Shown piece by piece: positions 56,443-64,000 of a stretch of DNA of 64,000 nucleotides. This DNA comes from Giardia intestinalis (taxonomy: Eukaryota), in assembly GCA_000002435.2 (NCBI GenBank), contig CM018789.1; one strand, given 5' to 3'. Made by a program: the position numbers and the translations under genes. The notes under the pieces are model-generated. The model did not search any database. It was not told the DNA's origin and saw only the letters and a list, made by a program, of their open reading frames with translations. Within the stretch, counting starts at the first letter, position 1. Each line of letters begins with the position of its first letter.

Positions 56443-58530
56443 CTAGACACCGCGTAAGGATATAGCCCTAGCCAAAGTGCCGCACTGAGGACACTTGGTG
56501 ATTGACTCAGGGTTAGATGTGGCAATCCTGTGGCCACACGGCGAACATACAGCAGCCTCGCCCAAGATCGGAGACACAGTTGCAGAGCAGGAGCGAAGAA
56601 TGGTCGGGTCACTGGATATAACGTCGATGATCGCCACCTTGAGGTCCTCCGGGTCTGCGGCTTTAGCGCCAATCTTAGTGCGAAGTAGGCTAGCTTCGTT
56701 TTTCGCACTTAGTATATCTTTTCCCATAGAAAACTGCTGTCTTTTAATTTGTTCCAGCTCCTTTCTCACCTTTGCAAACTCCCTGAGAATCTGCCTAATC
56801 GTGCCGCTGTCGGCTCCACCGCTACCAAGTTCAGAGGGTTCTTGGAAGAATGAGTTCAGGGATTTATCCTCGTAATACGAGATATTTTTGCTTACATCTG
56901 TATTTAACTGCTGGAGTGGCTTTGTGTCCACAGAAGCAAGCGCCTCTGTGCCAGTTTTATTGAGGATATGAGGTTGCGGGACATACGTTGATGGATTGCT
57001 AGTTTGATAGAAGTCATCACTGTCCTGTGAAGGCGTTTGAATGGCAACAGGACCGCTGGGAATAGCAGGAAACTGAGAAATAGACTTCTTTCTAACACCA
57101 CGAGGTATGTTAGTAGGTAGAATAACTGCATTAGCCACATGGGCTTCTATGTCAGAGCACTCGTCAATTGACACTCTAAGGCCTCCAGAGTGTCTTCTGG
57201 GAGCACCAGACACAGAGTTAAGTCTTTTGAAGCGGTGCTTCTTTTCCCTAGACAAAGATGGAGCCTTAGGAGGGACAGTCGTCATAGCCTTGTATTCAGC
57301 GCACTCTCGCTTCAAGGCATCTATCTCTCTATCCTTTCTTGTTACAATGTCGCTTAATCGCTGTACTTCTGCAGTAAGCTTCACCATCTCATGGTCCTCA
57401 GAACTGGCGAGAAGGGCATCCAGTACTGATTGGGATTGCTGCTGCTCGTTTTTCACGCGGTCTATTTCCTCTTTCATAAGCCTCACTGTCTTGTTCAGGG
57501 CTTCAACTTCATGTCTGGCGTCATCATACTTTTCTGCTCTGCTTTTATATGTAGCTCCCTCTTCCTTAAGGCGCTCGATTTCCATAGCGAGACCCTTATC
57601 ATTTTCCAAGTGACTCTTATCAACTAAGGCCTCTAGCTTTTTAATTGTATCGTGTGCCACCATTAGTTCATGCTTAAGTTTCTCAATTGTATCTGTGTCG
57701 GCTGCTTCTCCTAAAATAGGACTAGCCTCGGTGTCTGCTGAGATGCATTGTTGGAACGAGGCATCGGGGTCAACAATTGTATGCACAACAGACTTAGAGT
57801 AAAGGTAATCTTGTTGACCGGTTGGGAAGGTAATGCTGTCATTTTTGCGTGCAACAGAAACCATGCGCATGACCTTGGCGTTCTCCAAAATCAGAGGACC
57901 CTCTGTGTCTATTAGCAGCTCAGCGACCGAGCCGTGATTGTTCCAGACAGCCGACATTAGAGCTGTCCACCCATATGGATCCATGACACGTGCCTCAGCG
58001 CCCATGAGAAATTTAACCACAGAATAGTGTCCATTCCACGCTGCAGACATGAGTGCGGTCCACCCCTTCTGATCGACCATGCCCTTTTCCCGTTCGTAAA
58101 GGAGCTTCACAACATCTAGGTGTCCATTCCAGGCCGCACACATTAACGCAGTCCAGCCATCTACATCTTGCATCCCCACTTCCTCGCTGTAAAGATAATT
58201 CACCACTTCTAGGTGTCCGTTCCACGCAGCGGACATGAGTGCGGTCCAACCACTGCAATCACGCATGCGGATTTCCTGGTGGGATAGGTAGCGAACACAG
58301 TCCCAGTTCCCAGACCACGACGCATACATCAGCGCAGTCCAGCCGTCTTCATCAGCCTGCCCAAGCTCGTAAGGCGCGAGCATCTCCACGATCTCAACGT
58401 GACCTTCCTGGGCCGCCAACATCAACGCTGTGCGTCCCTCTTGGTCCCGCTGTCTAGCATACTCCTCCAAAAGCTCTGCAACTAGCTCGGTGTTCCCCGC
58501 AAACGCGGCCTCCATGAGCCTAGTGGTCAT
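56443..58530 (-). CDS. Ankyrin-repeat plus coiled-coil protein with a C-terminal Cys4 zinc ribbon ('protein 21.1' type)
   Basis: The N-terminal ankyrin repeats share a WTALM(Y/S/C)A(A/S)W(N/S)G(H/N) core across 7 repeats. The central part is coiled coil (KLEALVDKSHLEND...LKRECAEYK). The C-terminus reads CSPCGHRIATSNPESITKCPQCGT. ATG at 58530 confirmed. Confidence 0.7.
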   Translation of the reverse strand: MTTRLMEAAFAGNTELVAELLEEYARQRDQEGRTALMLAAQEGHVEIVEMLAPYELGQADEDGWTALMYASWSGNWDCVRYLSHQEIRMRDCSGWTALMSAAWNGHLEVVNYLYSEEVGMQDVDGWTALMCAAWNGHLDVVKLLYEREKGMVDQKGWTALMSAAWNGHYSVVKFLMGAEARVMDPYGWTALMSAVWNNHGSVAELLIDTEGPLILENAKVMRMVSVARKNDSITFPTGQQDYLYSKSVVHTIVDPDASFQQCISADTEASPILGEAADTDTIEKLKHELMVAHDTIKKLEALVDKSHLENDKGLAMEIERLKEEGATYKSRAEKYDDARHEVEALNKTVRLMKEEIDRVKNEQQQSQSVLDALLASSEDHEMVKLTAEVQRLSDIVTRKDREIDALKRECAEYKAMTTVPPKAPSLSREKKHRFKRLNSVSGAPRRHSGGLRVSIDECSDIEAHVANAVILPTNIPRGVRKKSISQFPAIPSGPVAIQTPSQDSDDFYQTSNPSTYVPQPHILNKTGTEALASVDTKPLQQLNTDVSKNISYYEDKSLNSFFQEPSELGSGGADSGTIRQILREFAKVRKELEQIKRQQFSMGKDILSAKNEASLLRTKIGAKAADPEDLKVAIIDVISSDPTILRSCSATVSPILGEAAVCSPCGHRIATSNPESITKCPQCGTLARAISLRGV

Positions 58531-58769
58531 CCGCCCAATAAATTTTATAGAAAGGATGATTTATAGACTCGGAGATCTCCTCTTAGCCTCAACACTTTTC
58601 ATCAACGCAGGTGCAATACTAAACTTCGCGGTGGAAAAACAGGATGGGTTAACAGCCAAGGCAAAGCTCTTTGAGTGCATCCGTGCCCTTCAGGTGTTTC
58701 GCTTTGTGATTTGTCTCTGGAATATTCTCATGCTCATCATGCTTATCATCTAAGGTCCCATGTGTTCTT

Positions 58770-59477
58770 TTATAGAGTAAATACCCACCCTATGAGTGTG
58801 TCATCATTTTCAAAGATGGGTATTAGGATGTCGTTGTTGGCCCTAAGGAGTCGTACAGTGTCGGAGGAATCAATGAACTTATCCATGCCAGACAGTGACA
58901 GTAGGTTTCGTAGGTCTGCCGTGGTAAGAACTCGGTGAGCGTAGTGGCTTCTGAGAAACTGACCTATCTGCCCTAGCTGGTCGCGAAATATACGTACAAA
59001 CACCCATTCGGTATCAGGGTCTTCTACAATATTATCTGGGACAGATTTCTTCCACCACAACAGTTTCTGTAGAAACGTTCTATCATCATTGATTCCAAAC
59101 CGTGAGTACGGCGTCACGACCCCCTTAGCACAGAGCTTTCGCATTGCAACGGCAATATTCCGCGGACAAGTCTTGAAGAGTTCAACTAGCTCGCGGCCTC
59201 GCATGATCATGGCAGAACTATAATTGGCATATCGAGGAATTTGCTGAACATAGAATTCTAAGCGAACATCCCAGTCACAAGGATCAATATCTCGTTGGTC
59301 CTTGAATGGCTCCCTGATAAAGAGCTTGAACTCGGGCCTGCTCCACTCCGAGATGTCATTCAAAAAGCCAGCCATTTTTGACGGCCTATTCCCTCTTCGT
59401 CTACTAACGTTCGCAGGGTCCGCACCAGTGGATGTTGCCAAGGGAAAGAAAATTGACGTCTCCACTTCAGAAGCCAT
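58770..59477 (-). CDS. Hypothetical protein, 235 aa
   Basis: ATG at 59477 confirmed; no family recognised. Confidence 0.45.
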   Translation of the reverse strand: MASEVETSIFFPLATSTGADPANVSRRRGNRPSKMAGFLNDISEWSRPEFKLFIREPFKDQRDIDPCDWDVRLEFYVQQIPRYANYSSAMIMRGRELVELFKTCPRNIAVAMRKLCAKGVVTPYSRFGINDDRTFLQKLLWWKKSVPDNIVEDPDTEWVFVRIFRDQLGQIGQFLRSHYAHRVLTTADLRNLLSLSGMDKFIDSSDTVRLLRANNDILIPIFENDDTLIGWVFTL

Positions 59478-59539
59478 ACACTAATCTAACTAAAGATTTC
59501 GGCAAAATTTACCTAGTATTCTGCTTCTAAAAACGCAGC

Positions 59540-61336
59540 ATGGCTAGTGAGGATCCGGTTAAGGACTATCTTACCAAGATATCGGCCTTGCAAGCCAACA
59601 TTGGAACGCTTCAGGCGCAGCTACGGCAGAGCACCGACCAAATAGAGCGCCTTCATCGTCTACAGAGTGCCATAGTAGGAATGTATCTGGAATTCAAAGA
59701 TCGATCGCATGAGGATGCCTCGACACGCCGCAATATTGACGAGGAGAAGGCCGAGCTTTTGGGGGAATCTCCTCTCGTGATTCTTGATAAACTGCGGGCT
59801 TCCCTCCGCGTCCTGTTGGCCTTCAAAGAGGATTTCGAGTGCGAGCTCAAGGCAGCTATTTCACGACAAATTTCAGAAAAGGACGCTACAGCGAAGGATC
59901 TGTCTGCTCGACTGGTGGCTGCGCAAGAGAAGATTCGAGATCTTACTAGTCAGTTAAACAACATCCGCAAATATCAAGAGGACTCTATGGATAGGGAGAG
60001 GAGCATCAAGAAGCGAGCAGATGAGCGAAATTCTCAAATGGAAACAGAAATAGCACAGCTCAAGGCTAAGCTCGATGAAAAGAATACCCAGATCCAAGGG
60101 ATGAAGGATCTCGTTGCAGAGAGAGATGATCTGTTACGGAACAGGGATACTCGTCTCTCCCGAATCTCTCAATTGGAGTCTCAATTGCAGCTCAACCGCC
60201 TCCAGTCTCAGTTCGACCTATCAAAAGTCCAAACGGCAAGCCGCCAGAAGATCATTCAATTGGAAAAAGAAGCTCTTAAGTTCAACCGTTTAGAAGCAGA
60301 AAATGCAGAGCTTCGCGAGCGTGTTCGGACGATGTCCACTCAGTTGGGATCTTACCAGACAAACATGCAGGTCAAAAAGACCAATTTACTGGAGCAGGAA
60401 CTTGCACGCTGCAAGCAAGAGCTAGAGGGTTATAAGAGCAAGTTGGCTCTGAAAGAAGAGAGACTTCGGACAACGGAAGCAAATCTGGCTCAATCAAAGC
60501 TGCAAGTGGCCAACTTACATCAAAAGATATCAGCCCTGGCCGGGGATACAACTACTTCACAGCCCATTCAAGGAAAATCAACCCCCAAGGGGAACACTTC
60601 TTCCCCGGTACGTGGAAGTATGAGCGCACGCGCTGCAAAGCAAACGCGCATCTCTCCAGGTATCGACACAACGGGTGATCCCCATGATGTAGAGACATCA
60701 ATAGCAGAGGCTTCACAGCAACACATCATTTCCAGTTACAAGGATAAGCTCAAGGAAAAGGACTTAGAGATAGAGGAATTAGCAAAGAGAGTTCGGAGAC
60801 TATTGACACTGCAGCACAGATCTGCACTGTCTCAGCGTGCCTGGGAAGAGGAGAGGACCAGACTAGAGAAGCAAATAAGTGGGCTACGAGATGATGTGAC
60901 TCAACTGCGCAAGATTATAGGCAATAAGGCCATGGGGCAGCTTACCCTCTCAGAAGATAGACAAGATGCTAAAGACGATGCCGCACGAGACATCCAAAAC
61001 CTTCGGGCCTTTGCCATAACCACGAGTCATGCTTTCAATCAGTTGCAGTCTGGCGACAAAGGTGTTTCGAATAACTTCAAACGCCTAAATATTCAGCAGC
61101 TTGATCCGGTCATTGATCCACGGGGGTCCAGGCCCTTGACAAGCAGACCAATCTCCAGCGGAGGGGCCGGTAGCAAGAGTATGGTAACTGAATATGGGGC
61201 CTCATCCCCCAACCGAGCCCGGCCAGTAAGTGCTGCTCAATCAAACAAAACAGGCCGCGGGGCCGGGTACGGTCGTGGGACAATGCTTGGGCGGACGGCT
61301 CGCATGGGGACTACGTATAATTTTGGGCTAGACTAG
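59540..61336 (+). CDS. Coiled-coil protein (598 aa) with a G/R-rich C-terminal tail
   Basis: Heptad-rich Q/L/E/K sequence throughout. The tail is ...RGSRPLTSRPISSGGAGSK...GRGAGYGRGTMLGRTARMG. ATG at 59540 confirmed. Confidence 0.6.
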   Translation: MASEDPVKDYLTKISALQANIGTLQAQLRQSTDQIERLHRLQSAIVGMYLEFKDRSHEDASTRRNIDEEKAELLGESPLVILDKLRASLRVLLAFKEDFECELKAAISRQISEKDATAKDLSARLVAAQEKIRDLTSQLNNIRKYQEDSMDRERSIKKRADERNSQMETEIAQLKAKLDEKNTQIQGMKDLVAERDDLLRNRDTRLSRISQLESQLQLNRLQSQFDLSKVQTASRQKIIQLEKEALKFNRLEAENAELRERVRTMSTQLGSYQTNMQVKKTNLLEQELARCKQELEGYKSKLALKEERLRTTEANLAQSKLQVANLHQKISALAGDTTTSQPIQGKSTPKGNTSSPVRGSMSARAAKQTRISPGIDTTGDPHDVETSIAEASQQHIISSYKDKLKEKDLEIEELAKRVRRLLTLQHRSALSQRAWEEERTRLEKQISGLRDDVTQLRKIIGNKAMGQLTLSEDRQDAKDDAARDIQNLRAFAITTSHAFNQLQSGDKGVSNNFKRLNIQQLDPVIDPRGSRPLTSRPISSGGAGSKSMVTEYGASSPNRARPVSAAQSNKTGRGAGYGRGTMLGRTARMGTTYNFGLD

Positions 61337-61471
61337 GCGAGACATAGTTATGGCTGGACGATGAAGAGAATGCGCAAATGGCCGTGATGTAGCGCAGGGT
61401 GAGTCAATGGGAAGGAAAAACAAATCAATTTCAAAAACATTTGACTTCTTAATTTGTGCTAAAGAAGTGTT

Positions 61472-62704
61472 ATGTCGAAGCCTCTCCCTGGTGCACTTGC
61501 AGATACAAAGATTCGTACGCGAAAGCGCAACATAGTGGTCCAAAAGGATCCAGAGTCTTTTCTTGAGGCCTTGGAGCACCTGTTTGTGGGCGACAGTCTA
61601 GAGGAGGTCTTTAAGAATTTGGATTCAGCCACGGACATAGATTATAAGACCTACCACGAGTTCTTCTTTGACAGATTTATTTCCGGGTCTATTGGAGTTT
61701 GCTTTGGTCGCGTTGACAAGAGGAAGACCCCTCGATCCCCGTCAATATTTGCTGATAGTCTCAGCAAGGTGGATGCGTGGATCTCTATACTAGAGCGGTT
61801 TATGAGGAAGCGGCCTTACATGCGTATAGGGATAGGCGAGGTGATCGGGAGGGCCATGCTCACGATTGATAACATCCCTCAATATCTTGACCATGTTATG
61901 TCCATATGCTCTCATCTGGCCAATCTGGACATACTTAAATATGAAAAGACCACCGAGTTCTTCCTCCTCAAGTTACTAAGAATCAACCACCTCGTTGTCT
62001 CTGGAGAGGCTCTCAGCATCCTGTCAAAGTTTACAAACTTATATGCTACCTTGTCCAGTCAGCAGAAGGCGTGGGAGTACCTCATTGCAGGCGAAGTCGT
62101 TGATAAGCTCTTTGACTTCTGCCCGGAGCACTGCAGCGATGTCTTGAAGCTTCTAGAAGACTCGTATGGTATGCAATGGTTTGTCGAGCTTTATCGCACC
62201 AATCAGACGAAGAACAATATAACGACGTGGGAGCAGAAGATCATTCAGTTTATGCAGAAAGACCCAGAGGGGGAAGAAGAGACCCTCGAGGCTCTTCGCG
62301 AGGACGCGCTCAGACAGGTGAAGCAGTGCAAGGAGGAGTGCGGCATGTCTGCCGAAGAGTCAGTCATGTTCATGTGGCGCTGTATTGTTTCTCTTTCTAA
62401 GACAATGTCAAAGGACATTGTTGGGGCATTGAAAAAGTGGGGGCCGTGCTTGTATACTTTAGTAGGAGATGACTTAGTCATGCAAGGCAAGCTCCTATCC
62501 ACTGTCCAGACCACATGTTATAACAATCCCAACATCATTAACAGCTTTAAGCCTATTGTCGTGCAGCTTTATGATCTAGAAATCTTGGAGGCCGACGTTA
62601 TCATCGCATGGGCCAACGGGAATAGTGGCCCTGGCAGGTCTCTGTTTGGAGAACAGCTAGCTGAGTTCGTCACCTGGCTTGAGGCCGACGATGGAGAGGA
62701 CTAG
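61472..62704 (+). CDS. BZW: BZW1/BZW2 (5MP, eIF5-mimic protein) homologue with a C-terminal W2 domain
   Basis: The N-terminus KIRTRKRN...DPESFLEALEHLF...LDSATDIDYKTYHEFFFDRFISGSIG parallels BZW1 RFKTRKRD...FDPTQFQDCII...[25 protein letters not shown]. The C-terminal W2 with an acidic/aromatic box, PIVVQLYDLEILEADVIIAWANGNSGPGRSLFGEQLAEFVTWLEADDGED, parallels [23 protein letters not shown]...FLEQMKKFVEWLKNAEEE. The length of 410 aa matches BZW (~420), and there is no eIF5-type N-terminal zinc finger. Confidence 0.8.
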   Translation: MSKPLPGALADTKIRTRKRNIVVQKDPESFLEALEHLFVGDSLEEVFKNLDSATDIDYKTYHEFFFDRFISGSIGVCFGRVDKRKTPRSPSIFADSLSKVDAWISILERFMRKRPYMRIGIGEVIGRAMLTIDNIPQYLDHVMSICSHLANLDILKYEKTTEFFLLKLLRINHLVVSGEALSILSKFTNLYATLSSQQKAWEYLIAGEVVDKLFDFCPEHCSDVLKLLEDSYGMQWFVELYRTNQTKNNITTWEQKIIQFMQKDPEGEEETLEALREDALRQVKQCKEECGMSAEESVMFMWRCIVSLSKTMSKDIVGALKKWGPCLYTLVGDDLVMQGKLLSTVQTTCYNNPNIINSFKPIVVQLYDLEILEADVIIAWANGNSGPGRSLFGEQLAEFVTWLEADDGED

Positions 62705-62802
62705 CGAGACGTGGCCCTGCAATCGATTGGCCTTGATTTTGCGTTGCACATATGTTAGTACTCTGGGGTAAATTTTTGTGGCTTTTTAGAGAACACTGTA
62801 CA

Positions 62803-63237
62803 ATGAATCGAGGAGGCACTCAGACCCTCGTGATATCGCGGTCTCAATCTCCACAGGATCTAGGGTCTGCTGCTGACGAATATCTGGCCCCGTCACCAAC
62901 CCACCACCTGAACGCTCTGCAAAACCACACGATGTCAACCCATTCCACATTTACTGCAGAACCATCAGAGACATCATCCCGTTTTCCCGGACAGCCGAGT
63001 ACACTAACAAAGGATGAAGAGCTGGGAGAACCCGAGGCAACGCCCACGGCAACAGAGATCAGTACAGTGGATACGGGATTGACGACAACCTCTGCACACG
63101 TCATTCAAGAGTTACTGCAGCGGATAGCCATCTTGGAGAATGAGGTTCTAACCCCTGAGACTTTATCTAAACTAATAGATAATAAGGATACCGTGCTATC
63201 TCTCATACGTAGAACAAGGCTAACAGGCACAATGTAA
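62803..63237 (+). CDS. Hypothetical small protein; S/T-rich N-terminus, short helical C-terminus
   Basis: ORF 62752..63237; the ATG at 62803 (MNRGGTQ) is the more plausible start. The only support is the ORF and its position. Confidence 0.3.
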   Translation: MNRGGTQTLVISRSQSPQDLGSAADEYLAPSPTHHLNALQNHTMSTHSTFTAEPSETSSRFPGQPSTLTKDEELGEPEATPTATEISTVDTGLTTTSAHVIQELLQRIAILENEVLTPETLSKLIDNKDTVLSLIRRTRLTGTM

Positions 63238-63268
63238 ACTCAGATTCTTCTAGGACACATGCACGGTC

Positions 63269-64000
63269 CTAGTCGTAATATGATGAACTGCGGCGCTGGA
63301 CGCGGTCCTGCGCAAGGGCAGCTGAAAGACGATCTTCTGGGAGCTTTCCATTCGTGACCATATCGATAAGACGAGAGTTCTCATAATCTGCCTTGGGCGA
63401 AGAAAGGGTAGGCGAAAGCGTGGTTTTAATCGCCTGTGGCTCAAACTTGCTATGCTCAACGTGGCCTCGGAGAGATTGTTGCGAGACATGTGGAGGTGGC
63501 CTAGCTGCATTCATAGAGGCACCTCTACTGGAAGAGCGATCCTCTATTACGTCCTCGGTCAAGGCAATCAGATTCTTCTCTAACTCCGTCAGACGACTTG
63601 TGGCCTCGTCACGCTCCATGCGGAACATCGTAACAGCTCCTTGTAACTCAGAAATCTGGTCGTCCTTCACCGAAATGGTGGCCTGAATGGAGGTGTTCTC
63701 TGCTTCAAGGGCCTCTACCTTACGCAGAAGGACATTAACTTCACCCTGGCTCTGTCGTAGTTTATCGCTTAAGGCAGATAGCTCTGCTTTAAGTCCTGAG
63801 TTTTCCGTCTCAAGGCTCTTCATTAGAGGCTTCAAGTGATTAAGCTCCCTAACGGTCACATCAGTATCTGTACGGAGCGTATTCAGTTGCTCACGCAAGC
63901 GCTCGGTCTCGTTTCTATGCTCGTTGTCGTGGAGCCGAGCCGTATCACGCTCCTTGAGAAGCCTGTCTTTGACCATGTTCGCAGTGTCTCTGAAGGCGTC
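63269..64000 (-). CDS. Coiled-coil protein, C-terminal part (partial; the ORF stays open past the window end)
   Basis: Heptad-rich sequence (LKPLMKSLETENSGLKAELSALSDKLRQSQGEVNVLLRKVEALEAEN...). The frame upstream of the listed Met at 63976 has no stop before position 64000. Confidence 0.5.
   Translation of the reverse strand, partial: DAFRDTANMVKDRLLKERDTARLHDNEHRNETERLREQLNTLRTDTDVTVRELNHLKPLMKSLETENSGLKAELSALSDKLRQSQGEVNVLLRKVEALEAENTSIQATISVKDDQISELQGAVTMFRMERDEATSRLTELEKNLIALTEDVIEDRSSSRGASMNAARPPPHVSQQSLRGHVEHSKFEPQAIKTTLSPTLSSPKADYENSRLIDMVTNGKLPEDRLSAALAQDRVQRRSSSYYD

Noticed and set aside
1-64000. Prokaryotic-style features: CRISPR arrays, toxin-antitoxin or defence operons, RBS-driven operons, tRNA or rRNA genes
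   Set aside because: The sequence is eukaryotic: ankyrin, kinesin, dynein, MYST and nucleoporin genes, a spliceosomal acceptor, and no Shine-Dalgarno patterns. A scan by eye for tRNA T-loop signatures (GGTTCGAATCC-like) and for direct-repeat arrays found none. GTG and TTG starts in the ORF track were replaced by the first ATG with an AT-rich leader.

Overview
This 64 kb window is a gene-dense eukaryotic chromosome segment with no cis-spliced genes. It is most likely from the diplomonad Giardia intestinalis; that assignment is inference from the sequence, not a database hit. The evidence is about 50% GC, genes packed head-to-tail or overlapping with 10-150 bp spacers, short AT-rich initiator elements directly upstream of start codons, several ankyrin-repeat 'protein 21.1'-type genes, NEK-like kinases lacking catalytic residues, and a Giardia-type fused branch point/acceptor CTAACACACAG. 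I call about 35 protein-coding genes: dynein heavy chain (3' segment), RING finger, dynein light chain LC8, exosome RNase PH-like subunit, NEK-like pseudokinase, long-chain acyl-CoA synthetase, kinesin, MYST histone acetyltransferase, PUF protein, eIF4E-like, adenylate kinase 6/Fap7, Nup35/53-like, BZW/5MP-like, several ankyrin and coiled-coil proteins, and one 3,180-aa kinase plus dead-phosphatase giant. There are no CRISPR arrays, operons, tRNA or rRNA genes, or prokaryotic defence systems; the prokaryote-style ORF track over-extends many starts to GTG/TTG codons. Main hunt results: (1) the dynein gene starts mid-motor right after a canonical acceptor with no cis donor anywhere upstream, so it is probably a trans-spliced split-gene piece. 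(2) A 1,211-bp perfect inverted duplication (39010-40220 and 43142-44352), each arm carrying an identical 284-aa ankyrin gene, brackets a 2.9 kb GC-rich dead non-LTR retrotransposon (RT, CCHC and REL-endonuclease domains; frameshifted, with the YADD tyrosine codon now TAG). (3) An anomalous 550-bp AT/purine-rich non-coding block sits just outside the right arm. (4) Very tight bidirectional promoters include a perfect palindrome ATTTTAAAAT shared by two divergent genes whose start codons are 13 bp apart. (5) The giant multidomain protein pairs an intact-looking Ser/Thr kinase with a DSP-phosphatase fold whose catalytic Cys and Arg are replaced. (6) At least three kinase-fold genes lack the catalytic Asp. 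(7) Probable orthologues worth annotating are Nup35/Nup53 (MPPN/RRM-like domain) and BZW1/5MP (W2 domain).
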